A DNA stretch of 64,000 bases, from assembly GCA_900316745.1 (NCBI GenBank), contig ONEB01000011.1:6105-70104 (forward strand), in the 5' to 3' direction. Source of the DNA: an uncultured Eubacteriales bacterium. GTDB lineage: Bacteria; Bacillota; Clostridia; Oscillospirales; Oscillospiraceae. The translations under genes were made by a program, and so were the position numbers. Below the pieces are notes generated by a model. The model did no database searches. It worked only from the letters and a program-made list of their open reading frames with translations, and was not told where the DNA came from. Each line of letters starts with the position of its first letter. The first letter of the stretch is position 1. Shown here one piece after another: positions 9,250-18,900 of the stretch.

Positions 9250-9321
9250 TTGTCATCCTCCGGATCTTTTAGGACCGTTTATAATGCCTTCTGATATCAA
9301 TTCACAAGCGGCTCAGATTTC

Positions 9322-10575
9322 TTACGTATCAAATTCCGGGAGACCGTGTGACATCGCAGATTCCAATCCTGCCGCAAGACGTTCCGGCTGGAGCGGCGCG
9401 AGTCCGCCGTGACCGACGTTCTCGAGCGCGCGAAAAGCCGCCTGCGGAAAGTGCTTCTTCACATAGGCGATGTCCCACGCTCTTTCCTTCGCTTCCGCCT
9501 GCGCATACCAGTATTCGATGTGCTCGCAGGCGATCTCCATTGGCTCCGGCATAGGATAGTTGTTGCAGGAGTCAAACGTGCGCCAGATCGTTTTTCGGCT
9601 CAGAGAATGGAGCACGTCGGCGATATACTGCAGATCCTCTGCGGAATACTCGTCCGTGGCGAACGCCTTTTCCAACAGCTTAATCCCGCCGAGCTTTCCC
9701 ATGGCGATCATCAGGTAATCCCTCAGGGCGATGAAGCGCGTCGCGATCCACGGCAGCTGATACGGCGTGATGCCGCCGTCGATGACGGCGCTGCGTGTCT
9801 TCACCCTTCCGTCCGCAAGAAAGCGAATCACAATGGAGCCGCCCATGGAGCAGCCGTAGATGCAGTCGATCTCCGGGTGTCCGTTCGCAAGCAGCCAGTC
9901 CGCAAGCTCGTCAGCGATCTCCTCGATGCTCGTAAATTCCGACTGCCGATCCGGGTCATAGCCCGGCAGAGCCGGAATAACCAGATGATAGTTCTGCTCC
10001 ATCAGCGGGATCACATATTCAAAGTAATCCCACCGCACCAGCGACGGGTGGATCAGCACCACAGTGCGCGGATTGCCTTTCCCGAATTCGTGGATCGTCA
10101 TGGTCTCCCCTTCTGGCCTCTGCCTTTTATATCCGCGATATAACAATCCTGCAAACACAAAGCAGAGCAGACTGCCGAGACTCATGGTGAGCAGCTCCCC
10201 GCAGGCGCCGAGCTTCATGCCGTGTGAAATGCTGACAATGATTGCAGCAGCGGACAGAATCATTCCGGTCAGACCGCCCAGCGTCAGCGCCCCGAATCCC
10301 AAATGCAGCTGCCATTTCGGCAGGATGCGATCCTGCTTCCGGATTCGCTCATGGATCAGATGGATCAGTTCTCCGATCCCTGTGAGCATCAGCAGCGCAG
10401 GAAGGACCGCGCAGACGGAAAGAACCAGCACAGCCGGAATCTCCAAAAACGCTGGCCGATTCACGAAGATGCGGATCAGGCCGACCAGATACGCGATCCA
10501 GCCGAGATTGCCCGGCACGTCATAGGCGTACCATCTGGCGTCGGAGATATTGGTCTTGTATATTTCCTGCTTCAT
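9322..10575 (-). CDS. Membrane-anchored alpha/beta hydrolase (N-terminal multi-TM domain plus hydrolase domain)
   Basis: About 150 aa of hydrophobic N-terminus, then VVLIHPS...PALPGY...GCSMGG nucleophile elbow. Confidence 0.75.
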   Translation of the reverse strand: MKQEIYKTNISDARWYAYDVPGNLGWIAYLVGLIRIFVNRPAFLEIPAVLVLSVCAVLPALLMLTGIGELIHLIHERIRKQDRILPKWQLHLGFGALTLGGLTGMILSAAAIIVSISHGMKLGACGELLTMSLGSLLCFVFAGLLYRGYKRQRPEGETMTIHEFGKGNPRTVVLIHPSLVRWDYFEYVIPLMEQNYHLVIPALPGYDPDRQSEFTSIEEIADELADWLLANGHPEIDCIYGCSMGGSIVIRFLADGRVKTRSAVIDGGITPYQLPWIATRFIALRDYLMIAMGKLGGIKLLEKAFATDEYSAEDLQYIADVLHSLSRKTIWRTFDSCNNYPMPEPMEIACEHIEYWYAQAEAKERAWDIAYVKKHFPQAAFRALENVGHGGLAPLQPERLAAGLESAMSHGLPEFDT

Positions 10576-10576
10576 A

Positions 10577-11074
10577 TTAAAACAGCGTGCAGATCCACGC
10601 AGCGAGTGCAGACGCCACAGGGAAAATGACCAGCAGCTTCAGCAGCTGACTTTTGAGATTGAAGCCGTACTTTCTGCCGTTGAACACCGGCGCTACCTCG
10701 GGGTAGAAATACTGGAAGAAATGGAACTTGCAAAGGAGAAACCAGTCGATGAAAATCATGTCAAACGCTTTGTAGATCGTAAAGATCACAACAAAGCGCA
10801 GGAAGAACTGCACGAAGGAATAGCCGTTTCTGAAACCGTCCCAGATCGAGACCACACCTACAAACAAGATGACCACGATGCTAAGAATCATCATCGCCCA
10901 GCCGATCGTTCTGGCGCCGTAAAACAGCTCCTTCTCTCTCGGCTTCAAAACCTCCCGTGCCTCCTTCGGTGCTGACGAGAACAGCCGCGTATCCTGCACG
11001 AAGGCGACCCCTGAGATCATCATGAGCGATACCGCCGCACAAAACACGATTGCCAGAAATAACGTTAAGAGCAT
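10577..11074 (-). CDS. Multi-pass membrane protein, paralogue family A (copy 2)
   Basis: 165 aa. Its C-terminus FIDWFLLCKFHFFQYFYPEVAPVFNGRKYGFNLK... is homologous to the truncated remnant at 14793-14978. Confidence 0.6.
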   Translation of the reverse strand: MLLTLFLAIVFCAAVSLMMISGVAFVQDTRLFSSAPKEAREVLKPREKELFYGARTIGWAMMILSIVVILFVGVVSIWDGFRNGYSFVQFFLRFVVIFTIYKAFDMIFIDWFLLCKFHFFQYFYPEVAPVFNGRKYGFNLKSQLLKLLVIFPVASALAAWICTLF

Positions 11075-11094
11075 AATGGTTTCCTCTCAATCAA

Positions 11095-11718
11095 TTACTT
11101 CTTTGCCAGTACCGCAAGCCACGGCTTTGACGGGTGGTGGTATGCGGTGACGGCTGTGAATCCGGCGGATTTCAGCGCGGCCTCGAGCTGCTCGGCGGTA
11201 TGGCACTTCATGCCCTCGATGATCTGCTCAAATTTCAGGCTCGCGGCGTCCGTGCCGTCGGACTCGTTGCAGATGAGAAACGCGCCGCCCGGTTTCAGAA
11301 CGCGCGCGACCTCGGCAAAGCATTTCTCCAGCCCCGGCCAGAAATAGACCGTCTCAAACGCCGTGGCGAGATCATACGCCCCGCTCTCCAGAGTAAGCTC
11401 TGAGACGTCGCCCTGCAGCACCTCGCAGCGCCCCTCCGCAATTGCTTCGGCGTTATACGCTGTCGCCTTCTCGACGGACAGAGCGGAATAATCCACAGCG
11501 GTTACACGCGCGTTCGGGTATCGCTTGAGTAATTCAGCCGCGTTTCTCCCACCGCCGCAGCCCAGCTCCGCAACGCGCTGAGGTTCAATGCCTTTTAAGC
11601 ACGCCATGCCCCAATCCGCGAGCTTGGCATGACCGCCGTTCATGCCGCTGATCATGAGCTTTCCGAGAAAGCCCTCCGGCTTTCTGGTCTGATTGAAATA
11701 CTTTTTGAGCAAGCCCAT
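11095..11718 (-). CDS. Class I SAM-dependent methyltransferase
   Basis: Motif I VAELGCGGGRN; acidic loop TAVDYS; LKPGGAFLI post-I motif. Confidence 0.85.
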   Translation of the reverse strand: MGLLKKYFNQTRKPEGFLGKLMISGMNGGHAKLADWGMACLKGIEPQRVAELGCGGGRNAAELLKRYPNARVTAVDYSALSVEKATAYNAEAIAEGRCEVLQGDVSELTLESGAYDLATAFETVYFWPGLEKCFAEVARVLKPGGAFLICNESDGTDAASLKFEQIIEGMKCHTAEQLEAALKSAGFTAVTAYHHPSKPWLAVLAKK

Positions 11719-12566
11719 TATGCACCCTCCTTTTCAAAATCCATCCGAATGATCTGCATGTTCATAAAGCTGTCCGCGATCTTCGCGAGAACCCGGAAAG
11801 TTCCCGGTACGGACGGGTCGCGCAGATCGTTGTAGCCAAGCATATAGCCGCGGGCGGTGACTTTGGCGTTCGTCATCCAAGGAAGGATATCCGCCTCGAG
11901 GCTGTCGACCTTGAAGTAGTCGGAGATGCTGGTGACGCCCGCATCCTTCACCCAGGTCTTCAGCATGATCTTCACCGCGCGCTTGTTCGCCGCATCGAAG
12001 CAGAGCCTGCCGCCCGGAAAGCGCTTCGCCATGGCGGGCAGGAGCTTTCGCATGTCCTCGGTTTTGAAATAGTAAAACACGCCCGCCGCGAGGAAGAACA
12101 CGCCGTTCGAGGCGTCGATCTGATCAAACCACGAAAGATCGTTGAGATCGGCGGCGAGGTTTTTCACGCGGTCGGTCTCCGGCAGCAGCTCGTTTCTGAC
12201 GGCGATGACATCCGGCAGATCGATGTTGTAGATACGGCACTGACCGTTGTCGCAGTTCTCCGCCGTCTGGTCAAGACCGCAGCCGAGATTCACCAAAGCT
12301 GCCTTGGGATGCTCGGCGAGATACGCCCTTGCCTCAATCATCAGATCGCTCTCGCGCATGGCGACCTCCAGCGCGCCGAAGCGGTAGCCCATGCCGGAGG
12401 CCTTCGCCTCCAGCGGCGAGAAGTCATAGTCAATGCGCTCAATCAGCTCGACCGCCTTCGGGTCCTGAAACAGATTTGGGAACTGCTCTGTGCACAGCTT
12501 GCGGCCGAAGAGCGGGATGACCAGCGTCTCCTGCACGGTGTTTTTCTCAATGTGCGTTTTTTCCAT
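11718..12566 (-). CDS. O-methyltransferase of the leucine-carboxyl / TcmP-like class I family
   Basis: LVNLGCGLDQT...IYNIDLPDVI...FFLAAGVFYYF pattern. TAATG overlap with the downstream gene. Confidence 0.65.
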   Translation of the reverse strand: MEKTHIEKNTVQETLVIPLFGRKLCTEQFPNLFQDPKAVELIERIDYDFSPLEAKASGMGYRFGALEVAMRESDLMIEARAYLAEHPKAALVNLGCGLDQTAENCDNGQCRIYNIDLPDVIAVRNELLPETDRVKNLAADLNDLSWFDQIDASNGVFFLAAGVFYYFKTEDMRKLLPAMAKRFPGGRLCFDAANKRAVKIMLKTWVKDAGVTSISDYFKVDSLEADILPWMTNAKVTARGYMLGYNDLRDPSVPGTFRVLAKIADSFMNMQIIRMDFEKEGA

Positions 12567-12577
12567 GTTGCATCACC

Positions 12578-13366
12578 TTATTTCTTTCCAACGAGCAGCG
12601 CCGATCCGGCGAGCTCCATCCAAAGGGCTTCAAAGGGCGTGATTGGATTGCCGTTCGTGGTAGAGATCAGCTGCACCTCCTGATAGCCCAGATCGCGGAG
12701 CTTCTGCACGAAGGCCTGCATGTCTCCGTATTTGGATTTTGAGAAAATGTCATGCAGCGCAAACGTACCGCCCTTTTTCAGCACACGCAGCGTCTCAAGC
12801 AGGATCGCCTGCCGGTCACGGCTCGGAATGTTGTGGTAGACATAGTTGCTCACGACGGCGTCAAAGCGCTCGTCTGCAAAATCGAGATGAAAGGCATCGC
12901 CCTTTGCGAAGGAGACGTTCTGCACGCCCTCCGCCTCGGCGTTTTGCTCGCAGAGCGTTTTGCTGAAGGAGGCGTATTCCTTGCCCCAGCGGTCCACGCC
13001 GAGGAAACGCGCGCCGGGATTGTGTCTGGCGCAGGCGATGGTGAGCGCGCCGCTGCCGCAGCCGATATCGAGCGCCTCACTGCCCTCCGGCAGAGACACA
13101 TGCGAGGCAATCTCCTCTATGATGCGGCGGGAGAGCTGGCGCTTGCCGTCATAGGAGAACGTGCGGTACATGAGCGTCATCCAGATTGTCGACACCGCGC
13201 CCACCGCAAATCCGGCAAGACCGGTGGCAAGCAGCGCGGTGCGCCAGCCGGCGGAGACCAGCCCGGTCAGGCGAACGACCAGATACAGCGCGAGAAACGC
13301 GCCTGTCCCGCCCGCTCCGGCATAGATCATGCCCTTCGGCATCCAGTTTTTATAGTTTGGTTTCAT
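12578..13366 (-). CDS. Membrane-anchored class I SAM methyltransferase (two N-terminal TM segments)
   Basis: Hydrophobic N-terminus, then ALDIGCGSGALT...FLGVDRW...VSNYVYHNI...LKKGGTFAL. Confidence 0.8.
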   Translation of the reverse strand: MKPNYKNWMPKGMIYAGAGGTGAFLALYLVVRLTGLVSAGWRTALLATGLAGFAVGAVSTIWMTLMYRTFSYDGKRQLSRRIIEEIASHVSLPEGSEALDIGCGSGALTIACARHNPGARFLGVDRWGKEYASFSKTLCEQNAEAEGVQNVSFAKGDAFHLDFADERFDAVVSNYVYHNIPSRDRQAILLETLRVLKKGGTFALHDIFSKSKYGDMQAFVQKLRDLGYQEVQLISTTNGNPITPFEALWMELAGSALLVGKK

Positions 13367-13369
13367 TCT

Positions 13370-13864
13370 TCAAACTCCTTTTGGGAACCATGGGATACAA
13401 CGATTTACTTGTTTGCAATAGCTTTCATAGTCCGCGCCGTACAGATCCCGCAGCCATCGCTCCTCAGTGTGTTTCATCAGTACCGTCAAAAACAGCCAAT
13501 ACAGCGGCGGAAGCAGGAACAGCCATGCGTTGCCGACGATCAGCAGAACACCGGTGCAGACGATCAGAATGGCGGAGTAGATCGGGTTTCTGACCCAGGC
13601 GTAAATGCCGGAAGTGACAAGTCGGTTTTCCTTGATTCCGTCATCAATCTTGGAAACGAAAACAGACTGAACCCAAATGAAAATGCCGAGCGCGATCAGA
13701 GCGATTCCCAGCACCAATAACGGAATCCGGAACGTGGTCAGCTTCCCGCCGGAAAGCGCCGGAAGTCTCCCGACAAAGACGCCCGCGATTGTCAGAACCG
13801 CAACCACGCCGCCATAGATCGGGCCGACGCCATAAAGCGGCAGATGGTCGTTTTTCGTTTTCAT
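13370..13864 (-). CDS. Isoprenylcysteine carboxyl methyltransferase (ICMT/PEMT)-family integral membrane methyltransferase
   Basis: GIYAWVRNPIYSAILIV...HTEERWLRDLYGADYESYCKQV matches the ICMT-family C-terminal signature. Confidence 0.75.
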   Translation of the reverse strand: MKTKNDHLPLYGVGPIYGGVVAVLTIAGVFVGRLPALSGGKLTTFRIPLLVLGIALIALGIFIWVQSVFVSKIDDGIKENRLVTSGIYAWVRNPIYSAILIVCTGVLLIVGNAWLFLLPPLYWLFLTVLMKHTEERWLRDLYGADYESYCKQVNRCIPWFPKGV

Positions 13865-13870
13865 TCTCCG

Positions 13871-14779
13871 TCAGCCTTCTTCCCGGATCAGCCGGATCAT
13901 CAAGTCCCAGCCCTCTTTTGCTTCCCTGCAGATTGGAAACACGGGATAGCAGTGGAACATGCCCTCGCCCACGATCATTTCATAGTCGACGCCATAACGC
14001 CGCATGGCCTCCTCAAATGACGGTGCGATGGAATAAAGCACCTCGTCGGTACCATAGATAAACGTGACCTTCGGGCAGCCGGTGAAATCTCCAGTCTGGA
14101 GAAAGATCATATAATCCGGCACGGTCTCATCGCCGTGACGCATGATCTCCTCCGCCGTCTGCATATACTTTGCGGAAATCACCACGTCTTTCTCATCCAG
14201 CGCCAGCATACGCCGCGTCTCCTCCTCCGTTTTCGCACAGGTGCCGGGGGAAATTGCAAGAATGTAGCCGGGCTTCGGCAAGTCCATCTGATTCGCATTC
14301 AGATATGCAACCAGGCCAAGCGCAAGATTACCGCCGGAGGATGTCCCGAGCAGGGAGATGTTTTCGGACTTATATTCCGCAAGCATCGCTCTGTATGTTT
14401 CGCAGATCATCTCATACGCTCGTGTCACAGGACCTTCTGTGCACAGCGGATAATACGGGATGAAGACGTCCACACCGGTTTCCTTTGCAAAGCGGAGCGC
14501 CTTTTTGATTGAGCCCGGTCTGGGCGCGCTTACCATGCCTCCGCCAATGATGAAGAGATTTGCCTTCTCCGCCCTTCCCGGATGCTTCATGCGGAGAACC
14601 GGACAACCCATAATCTCCACCCTGCTGATCTCCAGATCAGGATCGTGCAGCTCCGGGATCACGTTCTTCTCGTTTTCCTTTCGCTTTACGGCAAGAATCT
14701 CGGACGCGCTCATTTCGCCGCGCTTTTTCATACCGGACAGCTTGACGAGCCGCTTCAGAACTTCGTATTTCATACTCAT
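13871..14779 (-). CDS. Alpha/beta hydrolase fold-3 type esterase/lipase
   Basis: FIIGGGMV oxyanion-type motif and GTSSGG nucleophile elbow. ATG at 14779 lies 9 nt after GAGGAG; the track ORF is extended to 14818. Confidence 0.75.
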   Translation of the reverse strand: MSMKYEVLKRLVKLSGMKKRGEMSASEILAVKRKENEKNVIPELHDPDLEISRVEIMGCPVLRMKHPGRAEKANLFIIGGGMVSAPRPGSIKKALRFAKETGVDVFIPYYPLCTEGPVTRAYEMICETYRAMLAEYKSENISLLGTSSGGNLALGLVAYLNANQMDLPKPGYILAISPGTCAKTEEETRRMLALDEKDVVISAKYMQTAEEIMRHGDETVPDYMIFLQTGDFTGCPKVTFIYGTDEVLYSIAPSFEEAMRRYGVDYEMIVGEGMFHCYPVFPICREAKEGWDLMIRLIREEG

Positions 14780-14792
14780 GATTATATACTCC

Positions 14793-14978
14793 TCAAAACA
14801 ACATACAGATTCCGACAAGCGCCGCGGATACGACTGGGCACAGCAGAATCATGCCAAAATGAGACTTCCAATTGAAGCCAAACTTGTGAAAGCCCTCGCC
14901 GCCCTCCGTCTCCGGATAGAAATGCTGGTAAAAATACGAATTCGTCAACAGAAAGATCAGAATCCACGTGACGTTATT
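14793..14978 (-). pseudogene. 3' remnant (about 58 codons) of a third family-A membrane protein gene
   Basis: Manual translation WILIFLLTNSYFYQHFYPETEGGEGFHKFGFNWKSHFGMILLCPVVSAALVGICMLF* aligns with the C-terminus of the 10577-11074 protein. An in-frame TAA at 14979-14981 cuts it off, with no start codon; upstream DNA turns AT-rich. Confidence 0.65.
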
Positions 14979-15115
14979 TTACTGTGACACTTGGCTTTCT
15001 ATCTTAGCAAGCGAGAGTTAGACATGGCTAATTCATTATATCTCACATTTCTCGTCGGTTCAAGTTTTTTTGATTCGCAGAGCAGAAATTAGAAATATCT
15101 CTGCGACAGGAACCA

Positions 15116-15811
15116 TTAAGATTCCGGAAGAAAACGGTAGCCCACACCTCGAACTGTTTCAATGTATTTTGGCCGTTCCTTATCATCATCCAGCTTCTTG
15201 CGCAAATATGTAATCACGGGCGTAATATCCCGAGCTTCATCAGCTTCATCAAGCCATACTGCCTCGCGGATCTGATCTTGAGTCAAAACAATTCCTGGGT
15301 TTCTCGCGAAGTATGCCAGTAAGCGGAACTCACGGGGCCGAAGATAGATTTGTGTATTTTCCTTCATCACACGATGACGTTTTGAATCAATGATCAGATC
15401 GCCTCGATATAGCGTAGAGGCTTCAGGATCAAACGCATCATAGCGATCGTAGATAATATATCTGCGCAGCAATGCCATCGCCTGCGAAAAAATGATTCGG
15501 AGATTTGTCGTGGATGGAACACACACATCCGCCCCAACCTCAAGCGTTGACGCAATCATCTCCAACTTTGTCAACACGAGCACTGGAGCGTATGTTATCG
15601 TTCTTATTCTACTGACAAAGCTCTGTGTCTTGTCTGATGATTCATCAAAAACATTCAAGATGATCATACAATAATCATGTCTGTCCAAATGAATCATTGC
15701 TTCATGAAAACTGCTGCATGTCATCAGAGTATATTGATCCATCTCAAAATACCGATTGAAAATCTTAACCATTTCATCCGGTAGGCCAATCGTTAAAATC
15801 TGTTTTCCCAT
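15116..15811 (-). CDS. OmpR/PhoB-family winged-helix regulator with a degenerate receiver domain (orphan atypical response regulator)
   Basis: C-terminal PREFRLLAYFARNPG...ITYLRKKL...VRGVGYRF. The receiver has IILNVF where the canonical regulator in this window has ILLDVM (Asp to Asn), and GADVCVPST instead of GADDYLAKP (Lys missing). Confidence 0.8.
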   Translation of the reverse strand: MGKQILTIGLPDEMVKIFNRYFEMDQYTLMTCSSFHEAMIHLDRHDYCMIILNVFDESSDKTQSFVSRIRTITYAPVLVLTKLEMIASTLEVGADVCVPSTTNLRIIFSQAMALLRRYIIYDRYDAFDPEASTLYRGDLIIDSKRHRVMKENTQIYLRPREFRLLAYFARNPGIVLTQDQIREAVWLDEADEARDITPVITYLRKKLDDDKERPKYIETVRGVGYRFLPES

Positions 15812-15873
15812 ATTTCCTCTATAGACAATATATTTATCATTTTATAGTGTCTTCTCTCTATCTCGCAGAATCA

Positions 15874-15939
15874 TACGAAACAAAATAACGGAACTGTCCT
15901 ATCAACACAGAATCGCGTGTTCGAAAGAACAGTCCCGTT
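15874..15939 (-). terminator. Probable intrinsic terminator of the haem/ABC operon
   Basis: In mRNA sense: AACGGGACTGTTC...(27 nt)...GGACAGTTCCGTT followed by ATTTTGTTTCG. It begins 17 nt after the TAA at 15956. Confidence 0.5.
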
Positions 15940-15955
15940 TTTCGAAATTGTCTGT

Positions 15956-18900
15956 TTACGACTGTCTGGCGCGGGACATCTCGAATACGGTGTCCGCGAT
16001 GTTCATGGTGCTCTCCCGGTGCGAGACGAGAACGACGGTCTTCTCCCCTGCGCTCTCGCTCAGAGATTGGAGGATCACGCCCTCGTTGAGGGCGTCAAGG
16101 TTGCTGGTCGGCTCATCGAGCAGCATCAGCGGCGCGTCGTGCAGGAAGGCGCGAGCCACGCCGATGCGCTGTTTCTCGCCGCCGGAGAGCGTGTCGCCCA
16201 GCTCCCCGACCGGAGTGTCGTAGCCCTGCGGGAGCGACCGGATGAAGTCATGCACAGCAGCCTTCTTTGCCGCTTCCACGATCTCTTCCCGTGTGGCGTC
16301 GAGCTTGCCGATGGCGATGTTGTTCGCGATCGTGTCCTTGAAGAGCACCGTTTCCTGTGTGACGTAGGATTCCAAATTACGCAGGCAGGCGGTGTTGATC
16401 CGGCGCACATCCGTGCCGGAGAGCGCGACCCTGCCGCCTGTGACGTCCCAGAAGCGCATGAGGAGCTTCAGAAGCGTGGACTTGCCGGAGCCGCTTGGGC
16501 CGTGGATGCCGAGGATCTTTCCCTCCTGGAAGTCGAGCGAGAGGTCGTGCAGGATCTCTTCCCCGCCGTAGGAGAAGGAGACCTGCTCCGCCGCGGCGCC
16601 GGCGAAGGCGACGACCTCGCCGCCGGAGACCTCCTCCACCTCGGGCTCCTCCTCCAAAAGGCGCAGCACGCGCTCGCCGGATGCGAGCGTCTGGTTGAGG
16701 TTATTCGAGAGGCTGCTCAGCGCCACGACCGGGCCGAAGGAACCCATCATCGCGACCGTGACCAGCAGCGCCGTGTGGAAGTCCGCCGCGCCGCTGCGAT
16801 ACGCCGCGAGCATGAAAAACAGCATTCCGATGGAAAACAGCTCAATGAGCAGGTTCGTGACCGCGCGCTGGCTCTGCTCAAAGCGGTTGAGCTCCTTTTG
16901 CTCCTTGCCCATGGCGCGGGAGCGGCGCGTGATCTCGCCCATGCGTTTGGCGCCGTGCCCGTACTGGATGGTCTCGTCCAGACCGCGCAGGGACTCCAGC
17001 ATGAAGCTGTTCATCTCGCCGAAGCACTCCCGGAAGGACATGCCTGCAACGGCGCTGCGGCGTCCGTTCCAGAGCGGGACGATGAGGCCGACCGCAAGAT
17101 AGCCGCAGAGGGCAATCAGCGCGGCGCCGAGGGAACGTGTGCCGATGAAGATCAGCATGATGACCGATACAATCACGGCAATGGCAATGGGAGAAATCGT
17201 GTGCGCGTAGAACACCTCCAGCAGCTCGATGTCCGCCGTGAGAATGGAGATGAGGTCGCCGCGATCCCTGCCCTCCAGCTTTGCCGGGCAGAGCCTGCGC
17301 AGCACGGCAAAGACCTTATGCCGGATGATGGCAAGGAGCTTGAAGGCAATGAAGTGGTTGCAGTACTGCTCGCCGTAATGCAGCAGACCGCGGGCAACGG
17401 CGACGACGATCAGGATCGTGGTGAGCGTTTTGGTGGTCCGCTCGGTCATAACGAGCACAACGCCGTGGCTCGCGAGGATCGTGAGCGAAATGGCACAGAG
17501 ATAACCGACCACGCCGAGGAAGATGGCAAGGAGCATGACAGGCAGCAGTGGTTTCACCAACCCGATAAGTCTGCCCATGATGGCGGCACCGGAGCGGCGC
17601 ACGCCGGGCGTTTTTTCCTTTGCCGCCGTCTTGGCGGTCTGAACCTGCGCGGGCTCTGCCGTCTCTGCCTCCACGCGCTCGGCGTTCTTGGCGGCGTAGG
17701 CCTCGAGCTTCCGCTGCGTTTGGAATAGATCGGCGTATGAGCCGTTTTTCGCGAGCAGCGCCGCGTGGTCTCCCTGCTCGGTGATGGCTCCATCTTCGAG
17801 GAAATAAATCCGGTCGGACGGCACGACGTTCGCGAGGCGGTGGGAGATGAGCAGCACGGTGCGCTCCCTGGCGAGCTTGTGAATGACCTGCATGATGAGC
17901 TCTTCGCTCTCCACATCGATGTTGGACGTGGCCTCGTCGAAGATGTACACCGGCGTGTCGTGCAGCAGCGCGCGGGCGAGCGCCAGACGCTGGCACTGGC
18001 CGCCGGAGAGGTTGCTGCCGCGCTCGGCGATCTCGGTATCCAGTCCGTCCTGCGCCTCGACGAAGCGGCGGAGATTCACCTGCTCCAATGCCGCAAGCAG
18101 CGCAGCGTCGTCCGCATCGGGATTGCCCAGAAGCAGATTGTCCCGCACGGTGCCCTTGAAGATCGTGCTGCTGTGGGTGACGAGGGTGATGTGCCGCATG
18201 AGGCTCTCCTCGTTCAAATCCCGCAGCTCTCTCCCCTGCACGGTGATGCTGCCGGTGTAGCCCTTGTTGCGGCCCATGAGAATGCCCGCGATGGTGCTCT
18301 TGCCGCAGCCGGAGAGGCCGACGAGGGAGGTAAAGCTCCCGGCCGGGAGATCGAGGCTCACGCCGCGCAGCACCGGGTGCTCCTCGGTGTAGGCAAAGCC
18401 GACGTTTTCCAGATGAATGCTGATCGGATCGTCCGTGAGGACCTCCGTCTTCTGCTCCGGCTCCGGGGTATCGAGGAAGGAGAAGATGCGGTCGCTCGCG
18501 GACATGCCGTTCATGGCGATGTGGAAGAACGAGCCGAGAATGCGCAGCGGGATGAAAAACTCGCTGGCCAGCAGAATCGTCATCAGCGCTGCGGTCAGGG
18601 TGATCTTCCCCTGCGCGAACTGCGCGATCGTGACCGCCATGCCGATGGCAGCGCCGCCGTAGGCCATGATGTCCATGACGGAGGTGGAGTTGAGCTGCAT
18701 GGTGAGGACCTTCATCGTCACCTTGCGGAAGGTCTCGGACTCGGCGTCCATGTCCTCGGCCTTTTTCTCGTCCGCCCGGTAGATCTTCAGCGTGGTCATG
18801 CCCTGCAGATTCTCCAGGAAGCTGCTGCCGAGGGAGTGGTAAATATCCAGATACTTGTTGATGAAGCGCTTTGCGATCTTCTGCACAGCCACGATGGACG

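Noticed and set aside
16495-16698. 67-aa Arg/Pro-rich ORF
   Set aside because: Extreme low complexity on the antisense strand of the ABC gene; not credible.
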